A stretch of 64,000 nt of DNA, taken from positions 896,001-960,000 of the forward strand of contig JASGHG010000001.1 of NCBI GenBank assembly GCA_047602425.1. Reading direction: 5' to 3'. Source of the stretch: Nibricoccus sp. GTDB taxonomy: Bacteria > Verrucomicrobiota > Verrucomicrobiia > Opitutales > Opitutaceae. A model generated the notes under the pieces. It had not been told where the DNA came from and ran no database searches. It saw only the letters and a list, made by a program, of their open reading frames with translations. Position 1 is the stretch's first letter; each line of letters opens with the position of its first letter. The position numbers were made by a program, and so were the translations under genes. This document shows, in pieces, positions 21,321 through 28,714 of the stretch.

Positions 21321-21345
21321 GTAGGGGCGCAGTCTTGCTGCGCCC
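21321..21345 (+). repeat. GTAG-type REP (GTAGGGGCGCAGTCTTGCTGCGCCC)
   Basis: GTAG followed by hairpin; same sequence at 33124 and inverted at 33171-33194. Confidence 0.8.
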
Positions 21346-21619
21346 GATTTATCTCTGCTCTCGAAACGATCGAACGTCGCCAAGCTGCGCCCTTCCTTCC
21401 ACAGTTCGATTCGAACCGGATACTCCCGCCTTTTCTCCGTTCCCTCCGTTTCCTCCTGTAACAACAAACCCACCGGAAAAATCTTCTGGGCCCAAGGAAA
21501 GACAGATCGGCCGCGAGGAAAAACGCGTGCTTCGAAAGGAGATTTACACGGGTCACAAGAAGTCCCACCCGGCGCGGAAGGAGAAACATCCCGGCCCCTA
21601 GCCAAAGCCTATGAGCTGA

Positions 21620-21813
21620 AAGGAGCCTCTCACCCGCTGAAAGGAAATGTCGCCGGGTTCGAAGGAGTCACCGCTCGATTCCAAGGAGGCTTCACCGCGT
21701 CGAAAGGAGTGTCGTCCGCCTCAAAAGGAGCCTCCGCCCGGTTCAAAGGAACGATTCCCCAGTCGCAAGGAGCCTCTTCCGGATCGTAAGGAGAAATAGC
21801 CAGCCCGAAAGGA
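21620..21813. repeat. Ten AAGGA motifs at exact 21-bp period
   Basis: AAGGA begins at 21620, 21641, 21662, 21683, 21704, 21725, 21746, 21767, 21788, 21809; spacers unrelated. Confidence 0.9.
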
Positions 21814-22094
21814 GAACGTTTTCGCCTCATAATCAGCGTCTTCCAGACGCCAGCTTCTTTCTGTTGCCCGTTTGCAAAACCATAACCGTTCCAAACCACT
21901 TTTCGCCGGCCGGTTGCATCAACACCCAAACCAACGTCCAGCACCCTCAGCTAATGCGCACCATGCCGCGCTTTAATAGGAGTCTTACTGCAATCCATTT
22001 TCCGCCTCCGCGCTCGCCGATCCGCTTTCAAGAACTAAGCCTCTGGCGCGTTGTTAGGGAAATTGGCGAGTTAAAACATCAAATAACGAAAATC

Positions 22095-22844
22095 ATGCCC
22101 GGAAAACATTTTAGTTTCCCAGTCAGTTTTCTCACCCGCGACGCCCGGCTCATGCTGGGCGCTTTGCGCGATCCTATCGGGGCCCCCGTGGTCGAACGTC
22201 TACCCTCCAACTTCGCCGACGTCTTTGCAGCGACTATCGACGAGGTCAGCAAAGGTTCCACCGGCCAGAAATCCGCCGCAGGCAAAACCGGTCAATTGAC
22301 CCAGGCGCAGAATGAGGCGCTGGCCGAGGTCAAACGCCTCACGTCCGCGGCCCGGGAAACAGCCAAACTGGCGTTTCCCGACAACGGCGTGCTGTTGCGC
22401 CAGGAGTTTCAAGTCGGCAACGGGGATCCCGTCGCCCTGGCCTCGATCCTGGAGCGCGCCCACACCGTGCAACTGTCGTGCGTGAAATATGCCGGACCGC
22501 TTTCCCAGCATGGCTGGCTCGAGCGCGACACCGCCGCGCTCGCCTCCGTCACCGCCACGCTGGAAGGAGCTGACGAAACCCAAGAGGCGTCGAAAGGCGA
22601 CAAGAAGGCGGTGACCGCGGCCAAGGTCGCGGCGGCCAACCGACTCTACGCCCGCTGCCAGTCGCTCCAAAACGCCGTCAACCTCGCCTATCCCGAGGCC
22701 AAAGCCGCAACCGACGACAAAGTCGTGGCCGCCCGGGCGCGTTTCCTCATGGACGCATTTCCGCCGCAGGCAGGCGCAAATGACGAACCAAGTGAAAGTG
22801 ACAGCAAGACGAACCCGACGGCACCTGCACCCGGCACTGCCTGA
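22095..22844 (+). CDS. Hypothetical alpha-helical protein
   Basis: Ala-rich helical ORF starting MPGKHF at 22095, followed by a terminator. Confidence 0.7.
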   Translation: MPGKHFSFPVSFLTRDARLMLGALRDPIGAPVVERLPSNFADVFAATIDEVSKGSTGQKSAAGKTGQLTQAQNEALAEVKRLTSAARETAKLAFPDNGVLLRQEFQVGNGDPVALASILERAHTVQLSCVKYAGPLSQHGWLERDTAALASVTATLEGADETQEASKGDKKAVTAAKVAAANRLYARCQSLQNAVNLAYPEAKAATDDKVVAARARFLMDAFPPQAGANDEPSESDSKTNPTAPAPGTA

Positions 22845-22935
22845 CGTCCGCTTCGCATCGATGACCTGAGGCCGTTCCTACCACAACATCAGCCAATTTC
22901 CCGAAACAACCAACGCCTCGGAGTTTTCATCGCAC

Positions 22936-22969
22936 GCGCCCCGGCCTAAAACGCCGGGGCGCTTTTTTT
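22936..22969 (+). terminator. Rho-independent terminator
   Basis: GCGCCCCGGC-loop-GCCGGGGCGC followed by T7. Confidence 0.8.
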
Positions 22970-23085
22970 GCGCCAACGATGCCTTCGCCGCATCGCCTTC
23001 AAACCAGCGTCTTGAGCCAATCCGCTCCACCCTCCGCAAGGAGGAACGTGTTGACCCCAACACGTTGGTTCGTCTCAGGCCTCAC

Positions 23086-23120
23086 TTGAGCGTTCATCAT
23101 TAAACGTTCAGCGTTGAGCG
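23086..23120. repeat. Degenerate 7-bp tandem repeat, five units
   Basis: TTGAGCG TTCATCA TTAAACG TTCAGCG TTGAGCG. Confidence 0.65.
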
Positions 23121-23150
23121 TTCCTTCGTTATCGAAGGCTGGCCGTTCTT

Positions 23151-24473
23151 TTACCCCGCCAACGCATCCAATGGACCTGTCCCGAGCGCGTCGAGCGGGC
23201 TCCGCACCCCCAGCCCCGGCTTTTGCATGACGTGTGTATAGATCTGCGTCGTCTCCACACTCTCGTGGCCCAGCAATTCTTGTACCGTGCGTATATCCGC
23301 GCCGCCCTCCAATAAATGCGTTGCAAAGGAATGTCGCAGCACATGCGGCGTCACCCGCTTGTCGATACCGGCACGTTGCGCCGCCAGCCGGATGGCATTC
23401 TGGAAAGTCCCATCCAGCACATGATGCCTTTTACGCAAGCCGCTCACCGGATCGGACATCGTTTCACGCGAGGGGAACAGCCACTGCCATTTCCAATCTT
23501 CACCTGCACGAGGATATTTCCTATCCAGCCCTTCGGGTAACCATACGCCCGGCAAATTGTTTTTCCTATCCTCCGCATGGAGCACCCGTAATCGAGCCAA
23601 GTGCTCGCGCAACTTGGCCTGTAGCGACTCCGGCAAAACCGTCAGCCGGTCTTTTTTTCCTTTGCCTGCATAAATCTGCAACTGGCCGCGTTCCAGATCC
23701 AAATGGTGCACACGCAGTCGCAACAGCTCCATAAGGCGCAAACCGCCGCCATAAGCTAATTCAGCCATCAAGCGCGTCGTCCCATTCAATTGCTCGAATA
23801 ACTTCAGACACTCTGCCTTCGACAACACCGTCGGAACTTTTTGCTTAGCTCGCGCCCGTCGAAAATCGAACTGCCCCAAATCGCGTTTTAATGCCTCTTG
23901 GATAAAAAACACCAAAGCGTTCAATGCCTGTTTTTGCGATGATGGGCTGGCCCGCTGCTCCACGGCCATCTTCGAAAGAAAAGCTGCCACATCGTCCCCA
24001 ACCGCAGCATAAGGCGACTTCGGTTTCATATGCTCAGCAAACAAACCAGCCCAACGCCGGTACGTCTGCTCCGTCCGCCACAAAAACCCTTTGCGCCTGA
24101 TCGCCGTGATCAAATCGCGCTCCCAATCCGCACCGCCCAGATCTTCCGCAGCCTTGGGCGCCTGCTCCTCCAACGGACGCTTCGCCCTGACCACCCGCGA
24201 CTCCTGCCCTCGTTTGAAAAACCATCTCAAACCTGCACGCAGGTCCTCCTCACGTCTTCCGGCTTGCAACTCCCGCTGCTGAATATACTCCTTGGCCAGC
24301 AAAATAGAAGCAGCAGCCTGGCGGGTTCGGCAAAAACCCAAGAAACCCATAATCGCCCGCTTGTAGGCAGCTTTGGTTTGCGCATCCAGTCCCTCTTCAA
24401 CCAGTACCGAGCCCCATTGCGGAAACGAAACAACCACCTCGTCGCGCCAAAAAGTCTCTCCTTGTAAAGCCAT
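23151..24473 (-). CDS. intI: Integron integrase (tyrosine recombinase)
   Basis: [18 protein letters not shown], integron-specific insert [43 protein letters not shown]. Confidence 0.97.
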   Translation of the reverse strand: MALQGETFWRDEVVVSFPQWGSVLVEEGLDAQTKAAYKRAIMGFLGFCRTRQAAASILLAKEYIQQRELQAGRREEDLRAGLRWFFKRGQESRVVRAKRPLEEQAPKAAEDLGGADWERDLITAIRRKGFLWRTEQTYRRWAGLFAEHMKPKSPYAAVGDDVAAFLSKMAVEQRASPSSQKQALNALVFFIQEALKRDLGQFDFRRARAKQKVPTVLSKAECLKLFEQLNGTTRLMAELAYGGGLRLMELLRLRVHHLDLERGQLQIYAGKGKKDRLTVLPESLQAKLREHLARLRVLHAEDRKNNLPGVWLPEGLDRKYPRAGEDWKWQWLFPSRETMSDPVSGLRKRHHVLDGTFQNAIRLAAQRAGIDKRVTPHVLRHSFATHLLEGGADIRTVQELLGHESVETTQIYTHVMQKPGLGVRSPLDALGTGPLDALAG

Positions 24474-24623
24474 ACTCGCAGTTGAGCTTTAGCCGGTTTG
24501 ATATCAAGCTCAAAACATCCAAAAACCTCCCCAACCCACACCCCTAAAGCCCAATCCCCCGATGGTTATGAAATTCAAATCTAACCTTTACCTCCAATCC
24601 TCAATCCCGTGTAAAGCTCAACC

Positions 24624-24650
24624 CAGTTGATGCTAATAACACTGTTCGCC
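24624..24650 (+). other. attI site (crossover G/TT at 24644)
   Basis: GTTCGCC at 24644-24650 is the exact complement of R'' GGCGAAC of the first attC; lies upstream of intI. Confidence 0.7.
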
Positions 24651-24922
24651 GAAAAGCCCGCGATGATGTTGGTAAGAGGAGAGACTGTGGTGCCCGCGAT
24701 AGTTAAGAGAGAGTTGTTTGAGCCGAAGGATTGCCGAGGCGTAGGCGAGGCCGGTCGGCGGGAGAAGGGTTTTTGGAGTTTTGAGATTGTGTGCCGGTTT
24801 TGGGTGAGCGACGTGCGATCTTTCCGAGTCGGCGTTGTCGCTGGTGTGCCCGCCGCAGGTGTTCGGAGTTTATGGTCGAGTGGCGCCCGTTGGCTGAAGT
24901 CGATTCTGTTTGCCAGGAGAGA

Positions 24923-25012
24923 GGCGAACCAGCCATTAGAGCACAACGCCATGGCTTCATCCTTTTGTTTTGCCAACGCCGCTCATGGCGTGGCTCACTT
25001 CTAACGTTAGCC
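24923..25012 (+). other. attC site 1
   Basis: GGCGAAC..TAGAGCACAACGCC...GGCGTGGCTCACTTCTAAC GTTAGCC. Confidence 0.9.
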
Positions 25013-25024
25013 AAGAAAGTAGAC

Positions 25025-25408
25025 ATGCCAAAGGTCGCTCGTTTTTCCGCTCGAGACTTCGGTGCATACGAAGATCACGCGCTTGTTGTCGGCTTTGCAC
25101 GCGACCAGAGTGATGAGGAAAGCGACGATGCATTGGTGCTTCAGCGCGCAAAAGAAACGGAAGAAGACTCGGGGATCTACGCCGAGATTCCACCTCAGCG
25201 ATTTGTTACCTTCGGCGGAGTGAAAGAAGCGCGATTAGCCCGCGATAGTTTTTCGGTAACTTTTGAGCCAGAAGCGACGGCTGAGCTTGATGGTATCGCT
25301 GCGATGCAGATTTCATTCTCGATGTCAGATGAAGATTTCAGCCAGATTCGGCAGATGCTTAGTCGTATATTTCGAGATCATGCGGGGTTCAAAATACAAA
25401 ACGGCTAA
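25025..25408 (+). CDS. Cassette 2: Imm10-like immunity protein
   Basis: LVVGFA..LVLQR..IYAEI..FGGVKEARL..ISFSMSDEDF..LSRIF pattern recalls Imm10 (by eye). Confidence 0.65.
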   Translation: MPKVARFSARDFGAYEDHALVVGFARDQSDEESDDALVLQRAKETEEDSGIYAEIPPQRFVTFGGVKEARLARDSFSVTFEPEATAELDGIAAMQISFSMSDEDFSQIRQMLSRIFRDHAGFKIQNG

Positions 25409-25501
25409 CCAGGCGCTAGAGCGCAACGCCTATGTCCGTCACGCCGCGTGCGGGGCACGTGTCGCGCCGGCCACAGGCGTGGCTCACCTATAACGTTGGG
25501 C
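25403..25501 (+). other. attC site 2
   Basis: GGCTAAC...imperfect palindrome...GTTGGGC. Confidence 0.9.
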
Positions 25502-25514
25502 AAAGCAAAACACC

Positions 25515-25994
25515 ATGTCCTTACTTCAAACTGCATTCCTAGAAAGGTCCCGCGTTCCTGATCGTGCGAAGCTCGAAGAAGCTGTCCGTGTGCTCGGTTT
25601 CGATCTCGCTATCGACGAGTTTTATCAGCCGTTTGCTTGTTCGGGCTTTTTGCCATGCCTCCTGAAAGGCAAGAAGTCTGGCTTCGAGATTTACTTCGAG
25701 TCGCCGGACGAAGCATTGCAGAGTTTTCCACGCCTGAAAGAAGAAGTCGGAGGTAGAGATTGCGCGATTAGTTTTCGTTGGGGTGGCGACATGTTGGAGT
25801 GTGCCTGCGTGTTGATTGTGTCGGCTGCGTTGGCGAAAATTTTTGGCGCAGTGGTCCACTACCAAGACGACGATTTACTGTATTCTGCCGAACAGCTCGT
25901 TGAGGAAGCAAAGGGTGCGTTGCATGCGGCAGAGTCCTCGCCGCGTCGCCCTCCACCGCCTCCTCCGCCAAAGAAGCCTTGGTGGAAGTTCTAA
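25515..25994 (+). CDS. Cassette 3: hypothetical protein with KPWWKF C-terminus
   Basis: ORF fills the space between attC2 and attC3. Confidence 0.8.
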   Translation: MSLLQTAFLERSRVPDRAKLEEAVRVLGFDLAIDEFYQPFACSGFLPCLLKGKKSGFEIYFESPDEALQSFPRLKEEVGGRDCAISFRWGGDMLECACVLIVSAALAKIFGAVVHYQDDDLLYSAEQLVEEAKGALHAAESSPRRPPPPPPPKKPWWKF

Positions 25995-26010
25995 AAATGA
26001 AAACAACGGA

Positions 26011-26108
26011 GCCCAACCAGGCATACTGCCAACGCCTATGCTCGTCACGCCCGCTGCTGGCGCACCGGTCGCGCCGAGCACAGGCGCGGCAGATCTATAA
26101 CGTTGGGC
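26011..26108 (+). other. attC site 3
   Basis: GCCCAAC...GTTGGGC. Confidence 0.9.
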
Positions 26109-26116
26109 GGAAGAAA

Positions 26117-26539
26117 ATGCTGAAGCTTGTATCTCTACTTCTCGGAATCGTTTTCTTCGCCGGCTTTGTAGTGGCCGCGTTGAGCCACAAAGACGGAGAG
26201 AGTTGGAAGCCTGTTCTTGGCGGAGCGTGGGGCTCCGTCGTGTTTGTGCTCGCTTACTTCAAACTGCGGAATCTTGAGCACTGGGAGCACTCGGACGATT
26301 TCAAGGAGGCGAAGCGTGAGTTCGCAGACCTCATCGATGTTGGTATGTCCACCGCCGAAGCAGAGCGCTTACTGCAAGAGCGCGCTCCGCTAGTGGACGT
26401 TTCAGATCGACGCTATTTTGGTGGGCGGTACCAGAACCGTAAATTCAGGGTGTCTGAGTTCGATGGCCGACTATCTCGGGTCAAAGTGCTGTCGCTCGAC
26501 GGCAAGGTTTTCGAGGTGCAATCAGAACCCAAAAGATGA
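26117..26539 (+). CDS. Cassette 4: hypothetical membrane protein
   Basis: ATG just after attC3; two N-terminal TM segments. Confidence 0.75.
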   Translation: MLKLVSLLLGIVFFAGFVVAALSHKDGESWKPVLGGAWGSVVFVLAYFKLRNLEHWEHSDDFKEAKREFADLIDVGMSTAEAERLLQERAPLVDVSDRRYFGGRYQNRKFRVSEFDGRLSRVKVLSLDGKVFEVQSEPKR

Positions 26540-26724
26540 AGAAGCCCAACCAGCCGCTCCCCTTTAGGTAAAATCAAGGGGTAAGTTTGATTTTGCCGTC
26601 AGGGGGGGGAGGGGCGAGTCCGAGAATGGGCCTCCAGCTCGTCGGAGGACGAGCCCCGGGGGGGGTAGGATGTAGCAGGTGGTTTTGGTTACATGAGATG
26701 GATATGGTTTTGGCGCTTTAACCA

Positions 26725-26890
26725 GGAGCCCGGTCCTCCGCGACGATCCCCATGAGTTGGTCCAGCTTTTGCGGGCTGGCCCGGACGATACTTAAAGGGC
26801 GGTAAGACCGGGAGGCCCGCCGTCGGGGCTTTAAAACATACAGTTGAGCATCAGCGAGGCTGTGCGGAACGGCTGGTGGCCCTCAAGCGG
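26725..26890 (-). ncRNA. Predicted bridge/seek RNA (target-binding and donor-binding loops)
   Basis: Two stem/internal-loop/hairpin units whose loop strands match the attC target flanks and the IS circle junction; transcript ends unknown. Confidence 0.75.
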
Positions 26891-26946
26891 CGGGTTTCCC
26901 GGAAAAGCAAAAGTTAATGTCGGCTAAAATAGATCAAGGAAGTGGT

Positions 26947-28212
26947 TTAGGCGGCGGAGCGGAAAACGCGCTTCGGGTCGAAGGGTTGGGGCGAGCGTTC
27001 CAGGCCGTGGAGCAGTTTGAGGAACTTGCGGGCGACCGCGGTCATGGCTTTGCCGCCGCACATGCCGGTGTCGCGTTTGGCGTGGTAGTATTGCCCGTAG
27101 AGTTGTCCGTGCACGACGCGTTTGAGGACGGCTTGGGCGAGGACGTGGCGCAGGCGGGCGCGGCCGCGTTTGGCTTGGCGGAGTTGGCCTTGCATGGTGC
27201 CGCTTTGGCGGGGCCGCAGGTTGAGCCCGCCGTAGCGCCAGAGTTGGCGCACGTGGGCAAAGTCCCGGAGCGGTCCGGTCTCGGCGAGGACACGGGCGAG
27301 CATGAAGGGGCTGATCAGGTCGGGATGGGCTTGCAGGCGGGTGGCGCCGCGGGCGCGCAGGCGTTCGACCAGGGCGATCATTTGCTGGCGGGTGTTGGTT
27401 CGGCGGGTGCGCAGCACGGTGAGTTCGGCAAAGAGGGCGCGCAGGTCCTCGGCGAGCAGGGCCAGCCAGTCGGGGTCGGAGTCGATCAGGGCGCAGCGCT
27501 GGGCGTCGGCGAAGAGTCGCTGGATGGTCTTTGGGCCAACGTGGTGGTTGCGCAGTTTGGCGGTGCAGCGTTCCAGGCCGTCGGCGAGGATCGCGGCGGC
27601 GTTCAGGCCGTAGAGTGCGATCGTGGCTTGGGCGGCGCGGCCTTCGAAGAGCCAGTCGTTTTTAAAGCTCAATTCGGGGAAGAGCGAGAGGAGCAGTTTA
27701 TGAATCCTGTTTTTACAGCGGGTGGAGTCGCGTTCGAGCCGGTCGTAGCGGGCGTTGAGTTCGCGCAGGAGCAGCCACTCGCCTTGGAGGGGACGATCGG
27801 TCAGGGTTTTGTTCCATTTGGCCAATAGTAAAATCGTGCGGGGATCTTTGATGTCGCTTTTGCCGGTATCGTTGTTCTCGACCACTTGCATCTGGTGGAC
27901 GGCTTCGCCGTTGACCAAGGCGGTGGCGCAGCCGAGTTGGCGGGCCGCGCGCAGCAGGCGCCGTTCGTATCCGCCGGTGGGTTCGCAGAGGATGCGCACG
28001 CCGCCAAGGCCGTGCTGGCGGGCGTGGGTGTTGAGTTGTTCCAGCCATGAGAGGATGGCCTCATTGCGATTGGCGATATGGCCTTGGTGCGCCTGGGCCC
28101 CGAGTTCACCGTACCAGTCCAGTGCTTTTTGCCCGACGTCGACGGCGATATCCCAGCGAGTTTCCGGTTGCCCGGAGTGCGTTCTGCCATTAAGTGCTTT
28201 GTTCGTTATCAT
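26947..28212 (-). CDS. IS110-family transposase/recombinase
   Basis: DEDD RuvC-like motifs AVDVG, CEPTG, KSDIKD; C-terminal GLNLRPRQSG, AMTAVARK. Confidence 0.93.
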   Translation of the reverse strand: MITNKALNGRTHSGQPETRWDIAVDVGQKALDWYGELGAQAHQGHIANRNEAILSWLEQLNTHARQHGLGGVRILCEPTGGYERRLLRAARQLGCATALVNGEAVHQMQVVENNDTGKSDIKDPRTILLLAKWNKTLTDRPLQGEWLLLRELNARYDRLERDSTRCKNRIHKLLLSLFPELSFKNDWLFEGRAAQATIALYGLNAAAILADGLERCTAKLRNHHVGPKTIQRLFADAQRCALIDSDPDWLALLAEDLRALFAELTVLRTRRTNTRQQMIALVERLRARGATRLQAHPDLISPFMLARVLAETGPLRDFAHVRQLWRYGGLNLRPRQSGTMQGQLRQAKRGRARLRHVLAQAVLKRVVHGQLYGQYYHAKRDTGMCGGKAMTAVARKFLKLLHGLERSPQPFDPKRVFRSAA

Positions 28213-28400
28213 TGTTAGATTGCGGCTCCGGCTAAGGAGTGCCGGTTACGTGCTTGTCACCGTCTAGTCCGTGCCGGGGCCGCCCCTTATGTTACCTCAT
28301 CCGCCTATTAGTAGCATACAGCGCAATGCCTCGACGGGGTTCGCTTTGAGTTTGGAGTCGCCAGCTCGGCATGGCTGACCAGAGATCGTTAGGCAAAAGT

Positions 28401-28706
28401 ATGGCCTTCCCGATTTACACGTTTCCCAGTCAGAAGTTCGAGGCGATTGAAGTGTGCCTTCGCACCGCTGGTTATAGCGTCGAGCAGTCTGGTCGGTCGT
28501 TACTGGTTCAGTCTGGTGCCGCACGAGCTCAGGTTTGCGACTATACGGAGGACGGTGATGCAGAAGTTCATTTCATCGTTCTTTTTCCGCACCGAGGTTT
28601 CTTTAGCTTTTTCGTGTTCTGGATCTCGGATGGCAGACTTGTCCGGAAGCTTTGGCGGCTCTTGAAGCAGCAGGGAGCTAAATATGTTGATCCTCGTAGA
28701 ATCTAA
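28401..28706 (+). CDS. Cassette 5: hypothetical protein
   Basis: ATG directly after attC4 core; stop directly before next R''. Confidence 0.75.
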   Translation: MAFPIYTFPSQKFEAIEVCLRTAGYSVEQSGRSLLVQSGAARAQVCDYTEDGDAEVHFIVLFPHRGFFSFFVFWISDGRLVRKLWRLLKQQGAKYVDPRRI

Positions 28707-28714
28707 AGAGCCGA

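Larger units (their letters stand above)
26559..28317 (-). mobile_element. IS110/IS1111-family insertion sequence inserted in attC, opposite to cassette orientation
   Basis: Transposase plus ~390-bp downstream non-coding region, bounded by attC halves, no long target duplication. Confidence 0.9.
26544..28394 (+). other. attC site 4, interrupted by IS110-family element (halves 26544-26558 and 28318-28394)
   Basis: Rejoining gives GCCCAACCAGCCGCT-ACAGCGCAATGCC...GTTAGGC, colinear with the other attCs. Confidence 0.85.

Noticed and set aside
21620..21813. CRISPR array interpretation of the periodic AAGGA repeats
   Set aside because: Repeat is 5 bp and spacer 16 bp, far below CRISPR dimensions; no cas genes in the window
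26917..27828. 303-aa plus-strand ORF inside the IS
   Set aside because: Antisense shadow of the GC-rich transposase; no motifs
26559..28317. Sub-terminal inverted repeats typical of IS1111
   Set aside because: Only 4-6-bp matches (TAGG/CCTA, AGGTAA/TTACCT); not convincing
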